The translations under genes were made by a program, and so were the position numbers. The notes under the pieces are model-generated. The model did no database searches. It worked only from the letters and a program-made list of their open reading frames with translations, and was not told the DNA's origin. Below, piece after piece: positions 26,681-35,126 of a stretch of 64,000 nucleotides of DNA (positions within the stretch are counted from its first letter, which is position 1; each line of letters begins with the position of its first letter). This DNA comes from Dehalococcoidales bacterium. GTDB lineage: Bacteria > Chloroflexota > Dehalococcoidia > Dehalococcoidales > Fen-1064. Where the stretch lies: positions 2,798 to 66,797 of the forward strand of contig JADHXC010000004.1 of assembly GCA_016783135.1 (NCBI GenBank). The letters run 5' to 3'.

Positions 26681-28645
26681 TCATCCGAAGATATACAGGA
26701 TAATGGCAATCGCGGATGCCCCCAGGGCAATGGACAGCGCGTACAGTTGAAACTGTCCCGTCTGCACCTTGCGGACCACGTCTCCACTGGACATTATAGC
26801 ATTGGCTGCTCCATTCACCACCCCGTCGACACCTCTGGTATCCAGCTTCTGAAGTCCGGCGAAGAACCCCCCGAGCAGTGCCTTTCGCACGATTAAGTCT
26901 TCGTACAGTTCGTCCATCCAGTACTTCCGCGAGAACATCACGTATAGCGCCTGGAACCTGGCACCAATGCGTTCCGCAGAAATCTTTTTGGTATTGTACA
27001 TCAGGTAGGCAAGCAGAATACCGCCCAGCGCCAGCAGTAGCGATATAATCGGCCACGGCGAGTGGGTGAATATGCCGAAGAACCCGTCAATGAAACTCTT
27101 CGTATGTCCGTGCCCCATGAGCTCTCCGAAGTGTCCGAAGGCATTCCAGAAACCGGCCACGACCGCCAGGACGGCCAGGAAGACCAGGGGAGCCACCATG
27201 ACCTTCGGCGATTCGTGCGGGTGACCGTGTGCCTCCGGGTCGCCGCCGCGGTACTTCCCGTGGAAGGTCATGTAGATAACGCGGAACATGTAGAAGGCGG
27301 TCATGAACACGGTTATCATTGCCAGAATAAAGAGGACAACATTCCCGTCCAGCGCTGTTACCAGGATTTCGTCCTTGCTCCAGAAACCAGCCAGAGGCCA
27401 GACTCCTGCCAGGCTCAGAGAGCCGAGGAGGAAGGTGATATACGTCCAGGGCATTATCTTGCGCAGGCCGCCCATCAGCCGCATATCGAACGTTCCGGTG
27501 GCATGGTTGACGCTGCCCGCCCCAAGGAACAGGAGCGACTTGAAGAAGGCGTGGGTGGCTAAGTGGAAGATACCGAAGGTGGTGGCGGCCTTGGCCGCCT
27601 CTACTGTAACGTTTCCTTCATGGAAAAGTATGATACCAGCCGCCCCCAGCCCGAGCATCATGTAGCCAAGCTGGCTGATGGTGGAATAGGCAAGCACACG
27701 CTTTATATCGTTCATAACCAGGCCCATTGAGGCCGCAAAGATGGCCGTAAACCCTCCGATGGTCGCCACCACGGTTACTGCCTCGAGGGAGTGGGCGAAT
27801 ATCGGGAAGGTGCGGGCTACCAGGAACACGCCCGCCGAGACCATCGTCGCGGAATGGATAAGGGCGCTGACCGGTGTCGGACCTTCCATGGCATCCGGCA
27901 GCCAGATGTGGAACGGGAACTGGGCTGATTTACCCATCGCTCCGGCGAAGATACCGATAGCCACCCAGGTGAGGGTGGCGCCGGCGAGTGCACCCGCTGC
28001 CGCCAGACCGCTCAGTTCCGCAGTGTCAAACGTCCCAGTGTTGGCGAAGAGGAGCAGTATCGCTACCAGGAAACCGAAATCGCCAAACCGGGTGACGATG
28101 AAGGCTTTCTTGGCAGCGTTGGCTGCGGACGGTTTGTGGAACCAGAAACCGATAAGCAGATACGAGCACAGACCGACCATCTCCCAGAAGACGAACATCA
28201 TGAGGAGGTTGTTGGCAATGACCAGGCCCAGCATGGAGGCGGTGAAAAGGGACATCCAGGCGTAGTACCGGGTGTAGCCCGCTTCATCATGCTGCATGTA
28301 GCCCAACGAGTATATCTGTACCATCAGGCTGACGACGGTGACCACGACCAGCATCACGGCGGTCAGCGAGTCCATTATGATGCCCAGATTGATTGTGAAG
28401 TCACCGATAGTCAGCCAGGGTGCGTTGTTTATGGTGACATCCGGCAGTATGATTTCGTGGTTCGGTGCTCCCATCACTTCGGTCAGTGCCCAGATGGAAA
28501 GTACAGCCGAAGCACCAATGGCCGTAATAGCTATCAAGCCCGATACGCTTGATTTGGAGTTAACGAACGGCCTGATAAAGAGACTTATCAGTCCAAACGA
28601 AATCACGGGCAGCAGGAATATGAACCAGTATGCTTGGTCCGGCAT
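26681..28645 (-). CDS. nuoL: NADH-quinone oxidoreductase subunit L
   Basis: 654 aa, with HIWLPDAMEGPTPVSALIH and a long C-terminal lateral-helix region. Confidence 0.9.
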   Translation of the reverse strand: MPDQAYWFIFLLPVISFGLISLFIRPFVNSKSSVSGLIAITAIGASAVLSIWALTEVMGAPNHEIILPDVTINNAPWLTIGDFTINLGIIMDSLTAVMLVVVTVVSLMVQIYSLGYMQHDEAGYTRYYAWMSLFTASMLGLVIANNLLMMFVFWEMVGLCSYLLIGFWFHKPSAANAAKKAFIVTRFGDFGFLVAILLLFANTGTFDTAELSGLAAAGALAGATLTWVAIGIFAGAMGKSAQFPFHIWLPDAMEGPTPVSALIHSATMVSAGVFLVARTFPIFAHSLEAVTVVATIGGFTAIFAASMGLVMNDIKRVLAYSTISQLGYMMLGLGAAGIILFHEGNVTVEAAKAATTFGIFHLATHAFFKSLLFLGAGSVNHATGTFDMRLMGGLRKIMPWTYITFLLGSLSLAGVWPLAGFWSKDEILVTALDGNVVLFILAMITVFMTAFYMFRVIYMTFHGKYRGGDPEAHGHPHESPKVMVAPLVFLAVLAVVAGFWNAFGHFGELMGHGHTKSFIDGFFGIFTHSPWPIISLLLALGGILLAYLMYNTKKISAERIGARFQALYVMFSRKYWMDELYEDLIVRKALLGGFFAGLQKLDTRGVDGVVNGAANAIMSSGDVVRKVQTGQFQLYALSIALGASAIAIILYIFG

Positions 28646-28839
28646 TAGAGTTTCCTTAACACCTCGCTAATCACGTGCTCCTTGTCCTGAGGTACCAGGA
28701 TGCGGTAGGTGGTCGCCTCCTGGCCTATCGGCAGACCAGACTCAGGCATAAGCCGGGTGGGTATACCTTCACCCTCGAAGAACTCTTTCCACATCTCCGC
28801 CATCATTAGATTAGGCGCTTTCTTAATCTCAACCCACAT
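28645..28839 (-). CDS. DUF2007-like small protein embedded between nuoK and nuoL
   Basis: 64 aa. The pattern MAEMWKEFFEGEGIPTRL....YRILVPQDKEHVISEVL resembles the DUF2007 'putative signal-transducing' fold. Its stop overlaps the nuoL start as TAATG, and its start lies 6 nt after the nuoK stop. Confidence 0.6.
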   Translation of the reverse strand: MWVEIKKAPNLMMAEMWKEFFEGEGIPTRLMPESGLPIGQEATTYRILVPQDKEHVISEVLRKL

Positions 28840-28845
28840 TGTCTG

Positions 28846-29157
28846 TTACCGTTTCATCAGGTTTATTTCCGTGGAATCGACGGTCCCACGCTGGCGATAG
28901 AGCGCGATGATTATCGCCAGGCCCACGGCGGCTTCGGCTGCCGCCACTGCCATGATGAATATCACGAAGACCTGTCCGGTCAGCTCTACCGGTGCGATGT
29001 ACCGGGAGAAGGCCACCATGGCGATATTCACCGCATTCAGCATTATCTCAATGCACAGCAGGATAGCTATCATGTTACGCTTGGCAAGTGCCCCGTAGAG
29101 CCCTATGGCGAACAGGACTGCCGAAAGCGCCAGGTAATGTTCCAGACCTACAGACAT
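28846..29157 (-). CDS. nuoK: NADH-quinone oxidoreductase subunit K
   Basis: 103 aa, three TM helices, conserved Glu in ..[15 protein letters not shown].. Confidence 0.9.
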   Translation of the reverse strand: MSVGLEHYLALSAVLFAIGLYGALAKRNMIAILLCIEIMLNAVNIAMVAFSRYIAPVELTGQVFVIFIMAVAAAEAAVGLAIIIALYRQRGTVDSTEINLMKR

Positions 29158-29162
29158 CTTGC

Positions 29163-29651
29163 TTACTTCTCCCTGACCAGTACGATAGCCCCGAGAATCG
29201 CCGCCAGCAGCAGCACGGCGGCAATCTCCACAGACAATATATAGCCGTTTTCACCGAAGAGCTTGCCCGCCAGTTCCGTAGTGGTCGGTTCCAGTGGTGC
29301 CACTGCGGATATCTGCCACGGGGTATTGAACACGGCAAAGCACACCGTTCCCAGGAAAACCAGGGCGGCAGCCACCGCGGGAATGCGCAATTTATTAGCC
29401 GGATTACCATGCTGGATATCGCGGGTAAGCATGATGCCCAGGATTAGCAATATCGAAATGGCACCGACATAGACCAGGATCTGCACTGCCGCCAGGAAGT
29501 CGGCGCTCAGTGTAATGTAGAGTCCGGCCACAGTTATAAAGCACAGCACCAGGGAAAGCGCCGCCCGGAAGACGTCACGCAGCATGACTACCGCCAGCGC
29601 AGCGGCCACGCCGACAACGGCCAACAGCCAGAATGCAACATCCAGTGGCAT
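29163..29651 (-). CDS. nuoJ: NADH-quinone oxidoreductase subunit J
   Basis: 162 aa membrane subunit at the canonical operon position. Confidence 0.88.
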   Translation of the reverse strand: MPLDVAFWLLAVVGVAAALAVVMLRDVFRAALSLVLCFITVAGLYITLSADFLAAVQILVYVGAISILLILGIMLTRDIQHGNPANKLRIPAVAAALVFLGTVCFAVFNTPWQISAVAPLEPTTTELAGKLFGENGYILSVEIAAVLLLAAILGAIVLVREK

Positions 29652-29657
29652 CAGTGC

Positions 29658-30152
29658 CTACTCCTTCCTTTCAATCAACAGGGTCTGCTCCGGCAGCGTA
29701 TCATCGAGTTCGGGGTGGAAATAGCTGCTGGGTTTCCTGCCATCCATCATAAGCTGGTCCCTTTTGAGCATCAGGGCACCCCGCCGGTATTTTGCCAGTT
29801 CAAAAGCGTAGCCCATGAACAGGGCGTTGTACGGGCAGGCCTCCACACAGAGGCCGCAGGAGATACAGTACCCCGTGTCCACTTCAAACTTTTCAACCGT
29901 GTAGTTATTTTCCTCACCCGGGGACGTCTCGATATGGATGACCCCCTGGGGGCAGGTCTTGGCGCAGGTAGCGCACCCGGTGCACTTCTCCTTGTCCCAG
30001 ATAAGCTCATTACCGCGGGTCCGGCGCGAAACCACCAGCCTCTGTTCCGGGTACTGTGTGGTTACCCGGCGCCGTACCAGATTCCTGAGGGTTACCGTGA
30101 GGCCTTTGGCGATGCCGGCCCCGTATCGTTCAAACTTCAACTCTACCCCCAC
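29658..30152 (-). CDS. nuoI: NADH-quinone oxidoreductase subunit I (2x[4Fe-4S])
   Basis: CTGCATCAKTCP and CISCGLCVEACP are present. Confidence 0.92.
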   Translation of the reverse strand: MGVELKFERYGAGIAKGLTVTLRNLVRRRVTTQYPEQRLVVSRRTRGNELIWDKEKCTGCATCAKTCPQGVIHIETSPGEENNYTVEKFEVDTGYCISCGLCVEACPYNALFMGYAFELAKYRRGALMLKRDQLMMDGRKPSSYFHPELDDTLPEQTLLIERKE

Positions 30153-31257
30153 CCAGCTTGGAGAGTCTGGACCACAGCAATATGAGCACGCCCAACATGG
30201 CGAAATTAATCGGGATAATGTACAGCGGCAGGTCTCCAGGCCACGCCAGGATTTCCAGTGCCGTGACCAGCAGGTTAATCAGCGCCAGCGGGAAGAGGAA
30301 CTTCCACGCCAGTGCCATAAGCTGGTCTATCCTGACACGCGGTAACGTAGACCGTGTCCATACCATAGTGAAGAATACCAGGAGTATCTTGACGATGAAC
30401 CATAGCCACGGCGGCAGGACCGGACCCTGCCAGCCGCCGAGGAAGAGCGTGGTGATTATGGCGGACATGACCACTGCTTCGCCATACTCGCCCAGGTAAA
30501 ACATGGCGAACTTCATACCGGAATACTCGGTGTGGAAACCGGCGGTAAGCTCCGAATCTGCCTCCATGAGGTCAAACGGGCTGCGGTTTATCTCCGCACA
30601 GCCGCCGACGAAGAGGAGGAAGAACCCGAGGGGCTGCAGGATGATGAAGGGTACTCTCTCCTGTGCCAGTACGATGTCATTCAATGAAAGCGAACCGGCC
30701 AGCAGCACGACTCCAGCGATAGAGAGGACGACGGGCATCTCGTAGCTGACGACGGCGGCCACGTTTCGCATCGCACCTAGCAGGGAGTACTTGTTGCTCG
30801 AACTCCAGCCGGCCATAAACACCCCGATGGTGGATATCGAGCTGATGGCGATAACGAAGAGGACGCCGATGTCGAGGTCAGCCAGCATGGCACCGTTCTG
30901 GAAAGGCACTACGGCAAATATCATTATCACCGGGGCGAAGACCACCGCCGGCGCCAGCCAGTAGACCAGCTTATCGGCATTGGACGGCGTGATATTTTCC
31001 TTGAGCAGTACCTTGATGGCATCCGCTATTGCCTGGAGCACACCGAAGGGGCCGGTCCGGTTGGGGCCGACCCGCGCCTGGAAGAATGCTATGCCCCGCC
31101 GCTCTACGTAGATGACGACGATAACCATCACCAGCACAAAGACAATACAGATAACGGTGAAAACCAGCCAGTGCCACCACTCGTTCCCCGGCCAGTCCGG
31201 GGGCACGGCATTCAGGTGGCGCATAGCGCCGGAGAAAACAGTATCAAGCGCGGTCAC
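30130..31257 (-). CDS. nuoH: NADH-quinone oxidoreductase subunit H
   Basis: 375 aa. RVGPNRTGPFGVLQ..AD and NRSPFDL.EADSEL motifs are present. Confidence 0.92.
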   Translation of the reverse strand: MTALDTVFSGAMRHLNAVPPDWPGNEWWHWLVFTVICIVFVLVMVIVVIYVERRGIAFFQARVGPNRTGPFGVLQAIADAIKVLLKENITPSNADKLVYWLAPAVVFAPVIMIFAVVPFQNGAMLADLDIGVLFVIAISSISTIGVFMAGWSSSNKYSLLGAMRNVAAVVSYEMPVVLSIAGVVLLAGSLSLNDIVLAQERVPFIILQPLGFFLLFVGGCAEINRSPFDLMEADSELTAGFHTEYSGMKFAMFYLGEYGEAVVMSAIITTLFLGGWQGPVLPPWLWFIVKILLVFFTMVWTRSTLPRVRIDQLMALAWKFLFPLALINLLVTALEILAWPGDLPLYIIPINFAMLGVLILLWSRLSKLGGGRVEV

Positions 31258-32360
31258 TATCTGTCAACCTCACCCATAGTAATAGCAAAGCTACCAAAGA
31301 TGAGAATCAGGTCCTGTATTTTCCACCCGATTATCATATCACGCAGGGCTGTCAGGTTCATCAGGCTGGGTGCCCTGATATGGCACCGGTACGGGGCGAT
31401 GGAACCATCGGACACCAGGTGGAAACCCACTTCTCCCGTGGGTGCTTCGACGTGGGCATAGGCCTCACCAACCGGCGGGCGGACCAGGTGCGGTACGTCG
31501 CTCCGTATCTCTCCGGACGGTATCTGTTCCATTGCCTGCTCGATGATACGCAGGCTCTGCCTCATCTCTTCTACCCTGACGCGATAGCGGTCGTAGCAAT
31601 CGCCCTGGATGCCGGTGGGTATATCGAATTCAAAGCGGTCGTAGATGGAGTAAGGGTCTGCCTTACGTATGTCCCATTTCACTCCGCTGCCGCGAAGCGT
31701 TGGTCCGCTGGCACCGATGTTAATCGCCAGGTCCCGCGGCAGTATACCCACACCTTTGGCGCGGACCAGCAGTATCTCATTCTCTTTGAGGAGCCGGTCA
31801 TACTCGTCTATACGTTCGCGCATGCGGGGGATGAATTTACGCAGGGCCGGCAGAAACTCCTCGGGAATGTCATGGCTAACACCGCCGATACGCATGTAAT
31901 TATAGAGCAGGCGCTGGCCGCAGACCATATCAAAGAGGTCGCAGATGTTCTCCCGTTCGCGGTACATGTAGAGGAACGGTGTGAAATATGCTCCGCAGTC
32001 GTTAAAGAATGAACCGACGGATACCAAGTGGGCGGCGATGCGCTGTAGCTCGGACATGATGACCCGGAGGTATTCGGCCCGCTCCGGAATGGGAATACCG
32101 GCCAGCTTCTCCACGGTGAGGACATAGGCCAGGTTGTTGGTCATCGAAGCCACGTAGTCGAGGCGGTCCGTCAGTGGGATAACCCCGCCATAGGTGCGCT
32201 CCTCGGCCAGCTTTTCAATGCCCCGGTGCAAATAGCCAAAGACCGGGTCCAGGTCAAGGACGACCTCTCCGTCGAGGGTGGCCCTCATCCGGAATACGCC
32301 GTGCGTACTCGGATGCACCGGTCCGATATTGAGAACAAACGGCTCTGTTCTCAGTTCCAT
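31257..32360 (-). CDS. nuoD: NADH-quinone oxidoreductase subunit D
   Basis: 367 aa. NIGPVHPSTHGVFR and GYLHRG.EKL motifs are present. Confidence 0.93.
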   Translation of the reverse strand: MELRTEPFVLNIGPVHPSTHGVFRMRATLDGEVVLDLDPVFGYLHRGIEKLAEERTYGGVIPLTDRLDYVASMTNNLAYVLTVEKLAGIPIPERAEYLRVIMSELQRIAAHLVSVGSFFNDCGAYFTPFLYMYRERENICDLFDMVCGQRLLYNYMRIGGVSHDIPEEFLPALRKFIPRMRERIDEYDRLLKENEILLVRAKGVGILPRDLAINIGASGPTLRGSGVKWDIRKADPYSIYDRFEFDIPTGIQGDCYDRYRVRVEEMRQSLRIIEQAMEQIPSGEIRSDVPHLVRPPVGEAYAHVEAPTGEVGFHLVSDGSIAPYRCHIRAPSLMNLTALRDMIIGWKIQDLILIFGSFAITMGEVDR

Positions 32361-32801
32361 CTACATGAAGTCCTTTCGCTGCGGGTGTCCTTGAAAGTCC
32401 GACCAGAGGACGATACGCTTCATGTTCGGGTGGCCTTTAAACGTAATCCCCATAAGGTCGTAGATTTCCCGTTCCTGGTGGTCGGCACTCCGCCAGAGGC
32501 CGACCAGCGACGGCAGTGTGAGGTTGTCACGACCCTGGCAACGGGTCTTGATGACCAGGCTGTGATTGTGCTCAATGGAGACGAACAGGTAGACAACCTC
32601 GAAGTACTGGTAGTAGTCAACCGCCGTGATTGTGGTCAGGTAGTCGAAGTCGAGCCCCGGGGTATTCTTGAGAAAGGCACCCACATCCAGCAAGGAGTCG
32701 CTGTCAACGAGAATAGCAGTGCCGGTAGCATCAATGACTGCATCCGGCAGTCGTTCGCTAATTTGTCCGGCAATCTCCCGGGTGGATAGAGAAGTAGTCA
32801 T
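32361..32801 (-). CDS. nuoC: NADH-quinone oxidoreductase subunit C
   Basis: 146 aa. ..W.SADHQEREIYDLMGI.F.GHP.. is present. Confidence 0.9.
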   Translation of the reverse strand: MTTSLSTREIAGQISERLPDAVIDATGTAILVDSDSLLDVGAFLKNTPGLDFDYLTTITAVDYYQYFEVVYLFVSIEHNHSLVIKTRCQGRDNLTLPSLVGLWRSADHQEREIYDLMGITFKGHPNMKRIVLWSDFQGHPQRKDFM

Positions 32802-32827
32802 CTGCCTTTCTTATCGGATAGTGCTTT

Positions 32828-33019
32828 TTATATTTTCTCCAACTCGGCTTCAGGAAAAGCCATGTTGTAGCCGGTGCTGTCCGCCTTCATAATGACATAA
32901 TCGGCGGGGTCTTCCTTTACTTCAACAATTTCGCCTTCCCAATTGGCGATTTTATATCCTCCGGGCCAACCCGGCCTATCCAGAACCCTGGCCCTGTCAC
33001 CCACACTGAACTTGGCCAT
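32828..33019 (-). CDS. Small SH3-like (PsaE/NdhS-reminiscent) protein embedded between nuoB and nuoC
   Basis: 63 aa: MAKFSVGDRARVLDRPGWPGGYKIANWEGEIVEVKEDPADYVIMKADSTGYNMAFPEAELEKI. The ATG is preceded by GAGGAGGGGAGG. It starts 38 nt after the nuoB stop and ends 26 nt before the nuoC start. The ORF-track start at 33145 overlaps nuoB and was rejected. Confidence 0.6.
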   Translation of the reverse strand: MAKFSVGDRARVLDRPGWPGGYKIANWEGEIVEVKEDPADYVIMKADSTGYNMAFPEAELEKI

Positions 33020-33057
33020 CGCCTCCCCTCCTCGTTCTAAGGTTAATATGCGGCAGG

Positions 33058-33657
33058 CTATTCCTTGATGATATTGGTTCTCTTGGCTATCTTCTCCTGC
33101 AGCATCTGTATACCGTGCAGCAGGGCCTCGGGACGCGGCGGGCAACCGGGCACGTAAACATCAACCGGAATTATACGATTATACCCTGGTACTACGTTGT
33201 AGGAAGAGCGGAAGATACCGCCGCTGATACCGCAGGCACCCATGGCGATAACCCATTTCGGCTCCGCCATCTGATTATATATCCGTCTTACGTTGGGTGC
33301 CATCTTCCAGGTCAGCGTGCCCGCGGTAATCAATACGTCTGCCTGACGCGGCGAGGCACGCAGGATTTCCATACCGAAACGGGACATGTCGAAACGGGGG
33401 CCCATCACGGAAATAAACTCGAAGGCGCAGCAGGCCGGGAAGCAGATGACCGGCCACAGTGAGGAACGTCGCCCCCAGTTGATTAACCAGTCGGCGGTGG
33501 TCAGCAGTATATTCTGGCTCAGCTCTTCGTCCAGCCAGGCATCAGGGTCCGAGAGCGGTTCCATGGCACCGGCCTTCAGTTCCTCGATGACCTTGCTCTC
33601 GGACTGGTCGAGTTCCGAATCCGAATAGACGTAGTCCCTGGCTCTGCTTACTTCCAT
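33058..33657 (-). CDS. nuoB: NADH-quinone oxidoreductase subunit B
   Basis: SLWP..F..ACCAFE, GACGISGG and PGCPP N2-cluster motifs are present. Starting at MEVSR (33657) gives a short overlap with nuoA. An acidic ~45-aa N-terminal extension remains. Confidence 0.9.
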   Translation of the reverse strand: MEVSRARDYVYSDSELDQSESKVIEELKAGAMEPLSDPDAWLDEELSQNILLTTADWLINWGRRSSLWPVICFPACCAFEFISVMGPRFDMSRFGMEILRASPRQADVLITAGTLTWKMAPNVRRIYNQMAEPKWVIAMGACGISGGIFRSSYNVVPGYNRIIPVDVYVPGCPPRPEALLHGIQMLQEKIAKRTNIIKE

Positions 33658-34019
33658 TCTAGAACTCTCTTCCTCCAGGCGTAAAGGTAACCAACAACAA
33701 TGAGGGCGATGAAGATAAGTACTATAATGAAACCGGAAGTCCCGAGGTCCCTCACATTGACCGCCCACGGATAGATAAACGCGACCAGTACATCCAGGGC
33801 CAGGAAAATCAGGGCGTAGAAGTAGTAGCGAAAGTTGAACTGTACCCACGTCTTCCCGATGGTTTCCATGCCGCACTCAAACGTGGCGTTCTTGACAGCG
33901 TTGGGATGGTGGGGAACTAGCTTGAGGTATCTGAATACAACGGGAAGAATAATTAAAAGGAGACTAAAAAGAACGGCAACAATGATGAAGAGTCCGACGA
34001 AACCGTAATCAGAGAGCAA
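33648..34019 (-). CDS. nuoA: NADH-quinone oxidoreductase subunit A
   Basis: 123 aa, three TM helices, FECG motif. The TTG start lies 6 nt after AAGGGGGG. Confidence 0.9.
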   Translation of the reverse strand: MLSDYGFVGLFIIVAVLFSLLLIILPVVFRYLKLVPHHPNAVKNATFECGMETIGKTWVQFNFRYYFYALIFLALDVLVAFIYPWAVNVRDLGTSGFIIVLIFIALIVVGYLYAWRKRVLEWK

Positions 34020-34051
34020 CTGTTACCCCCCTTTGTTACAAGCCAAAAGAG

Positions 34052-34081
34052 AGTATACCACACGCGATTTAGTAAAAGCAA
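34052..34081 (-). promoter_or_regulatory. Candidate nuo operon promoter (extended -10)
   Basis: The minus strand reads TTGCTT, an 18-nt spacer ending in TGg, then TATACT, about 35 nt upstream of the nuoA start. Confidence 0.3.
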
Positions 34082-34819
34082 GATAGATTCGGTAACAGTT
34101 TCTTTTGACGCAACACGGATGGATTCGGTATAAGGTAGGCCGACCTTTAAGAGGCACTGGTTGAAGACAACAGCGCCTCTTAAATAAGACCTCCCAGGTA
34201 CCTTGTTACCCGGCAACTTTTCGGTCCTGCTACTACCTTTTGGCTTACACCTACTCAGTTGCCACTCTTCCAATTAGTTACCAATAATTCGGGTACCTGG
34301 GAGGGTGTAACTATATGGCATGCCCAGAGGAGTTGTCAAAGCAATTGACAGCCCAGGAGCAGTATACCAGACGATTCCTGACCAGTATGAGGCCATCTGG
34401 CTGCACATTACTCTTACTTGCTTCGCCTATCTTCGTCGGACGTCGGCTTTCTTTCTATGGTGCTAACCTGCCGCGGTTGCCAGACTGTCGGGCCAGTTCG
34501 CCTTGAGCCCTGGTATCGAGCGAAACGCGGCATCGTGAGGTGTCAAATGACTGTTCTCAACCACATCAAGAGAGCGCAACGCCTGTCTTGACTGAGGTGT
34601 ACCCCATCCTTAGGGTAGGATAGGGGCTGTACTAAGAGAGGGATGCCAACCTTAACCCCCATTTCCTGTGTATTCTCTTTATGACGCCTCCTTGTTGCAT
34701 TACCTACAACGTAAGTCTCGCGGGTTCTGAGCCGTCGTCGGCTGGGCAACCATAAGATGAGGTAGGATGGAAAAGATGGACACCGAAGTCAGGTAAAATA
34801 GAAAGACGGAGGTGTCAGA

Positions 34820-34966
34820 ATGAAAGGGGTTCCGCACGGAAGGTACACGAAGGAGTTTCGAGAAGAAGCGGTGAAACTGGTAACGGAAGGGAATCTATCC
34901 TTACCGGAGGCAGCCCGCCGGCTGTCGGATTGCTTCGCTGTCTATTCGCTCCGGCCCATAGTTTAA
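34820..34966 (+). pseudogene. IS3-family transposase OrfA N-terminal (HTH) remnant
   Basis: My own translation gives MKGVPHGRYTKEFREEAVKLVTEGNLSLPEAARRLS..., which is the typical IS3/IS911 OrfA HTH. It then degenerates and stops after 48 codons, and no OrfB follows. Confidence 0.6.
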
Positions 34967-35126
34967 TCCTGGAACGATAGGCGGTATTTATGTGAAATGT
35001 CACCGTAATATTGGACGAGTACACCTACTTGATAAATCGGCTAACTCGGGTTATAGTGGTGAAGGATTATGAGCGGGCTGCCGGGGGACTCTTCAGGGTA
35101 ACCTGCTGACCGGGAACGATAGCCGG

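Noticed and set aside
33658-33876. Extended nuoB start (ORF-track 33876)
   Set aside because: The extension overlaps nuoA in another frame and is not NuoB-like. The MEVSR start at 33657 gives the usual short nuoA/nuoB overlap.
34970-35126. 10-nt direct repeat ggaacgatag (34973-34982 and 35114-35123) as possible target-site duplication of the IS remnant
   Set aside because: Both copies lie on the same side of the OrfA fragment rather than flanking it. A single 10-mer match within about 1 kb is not far from chance expectation.
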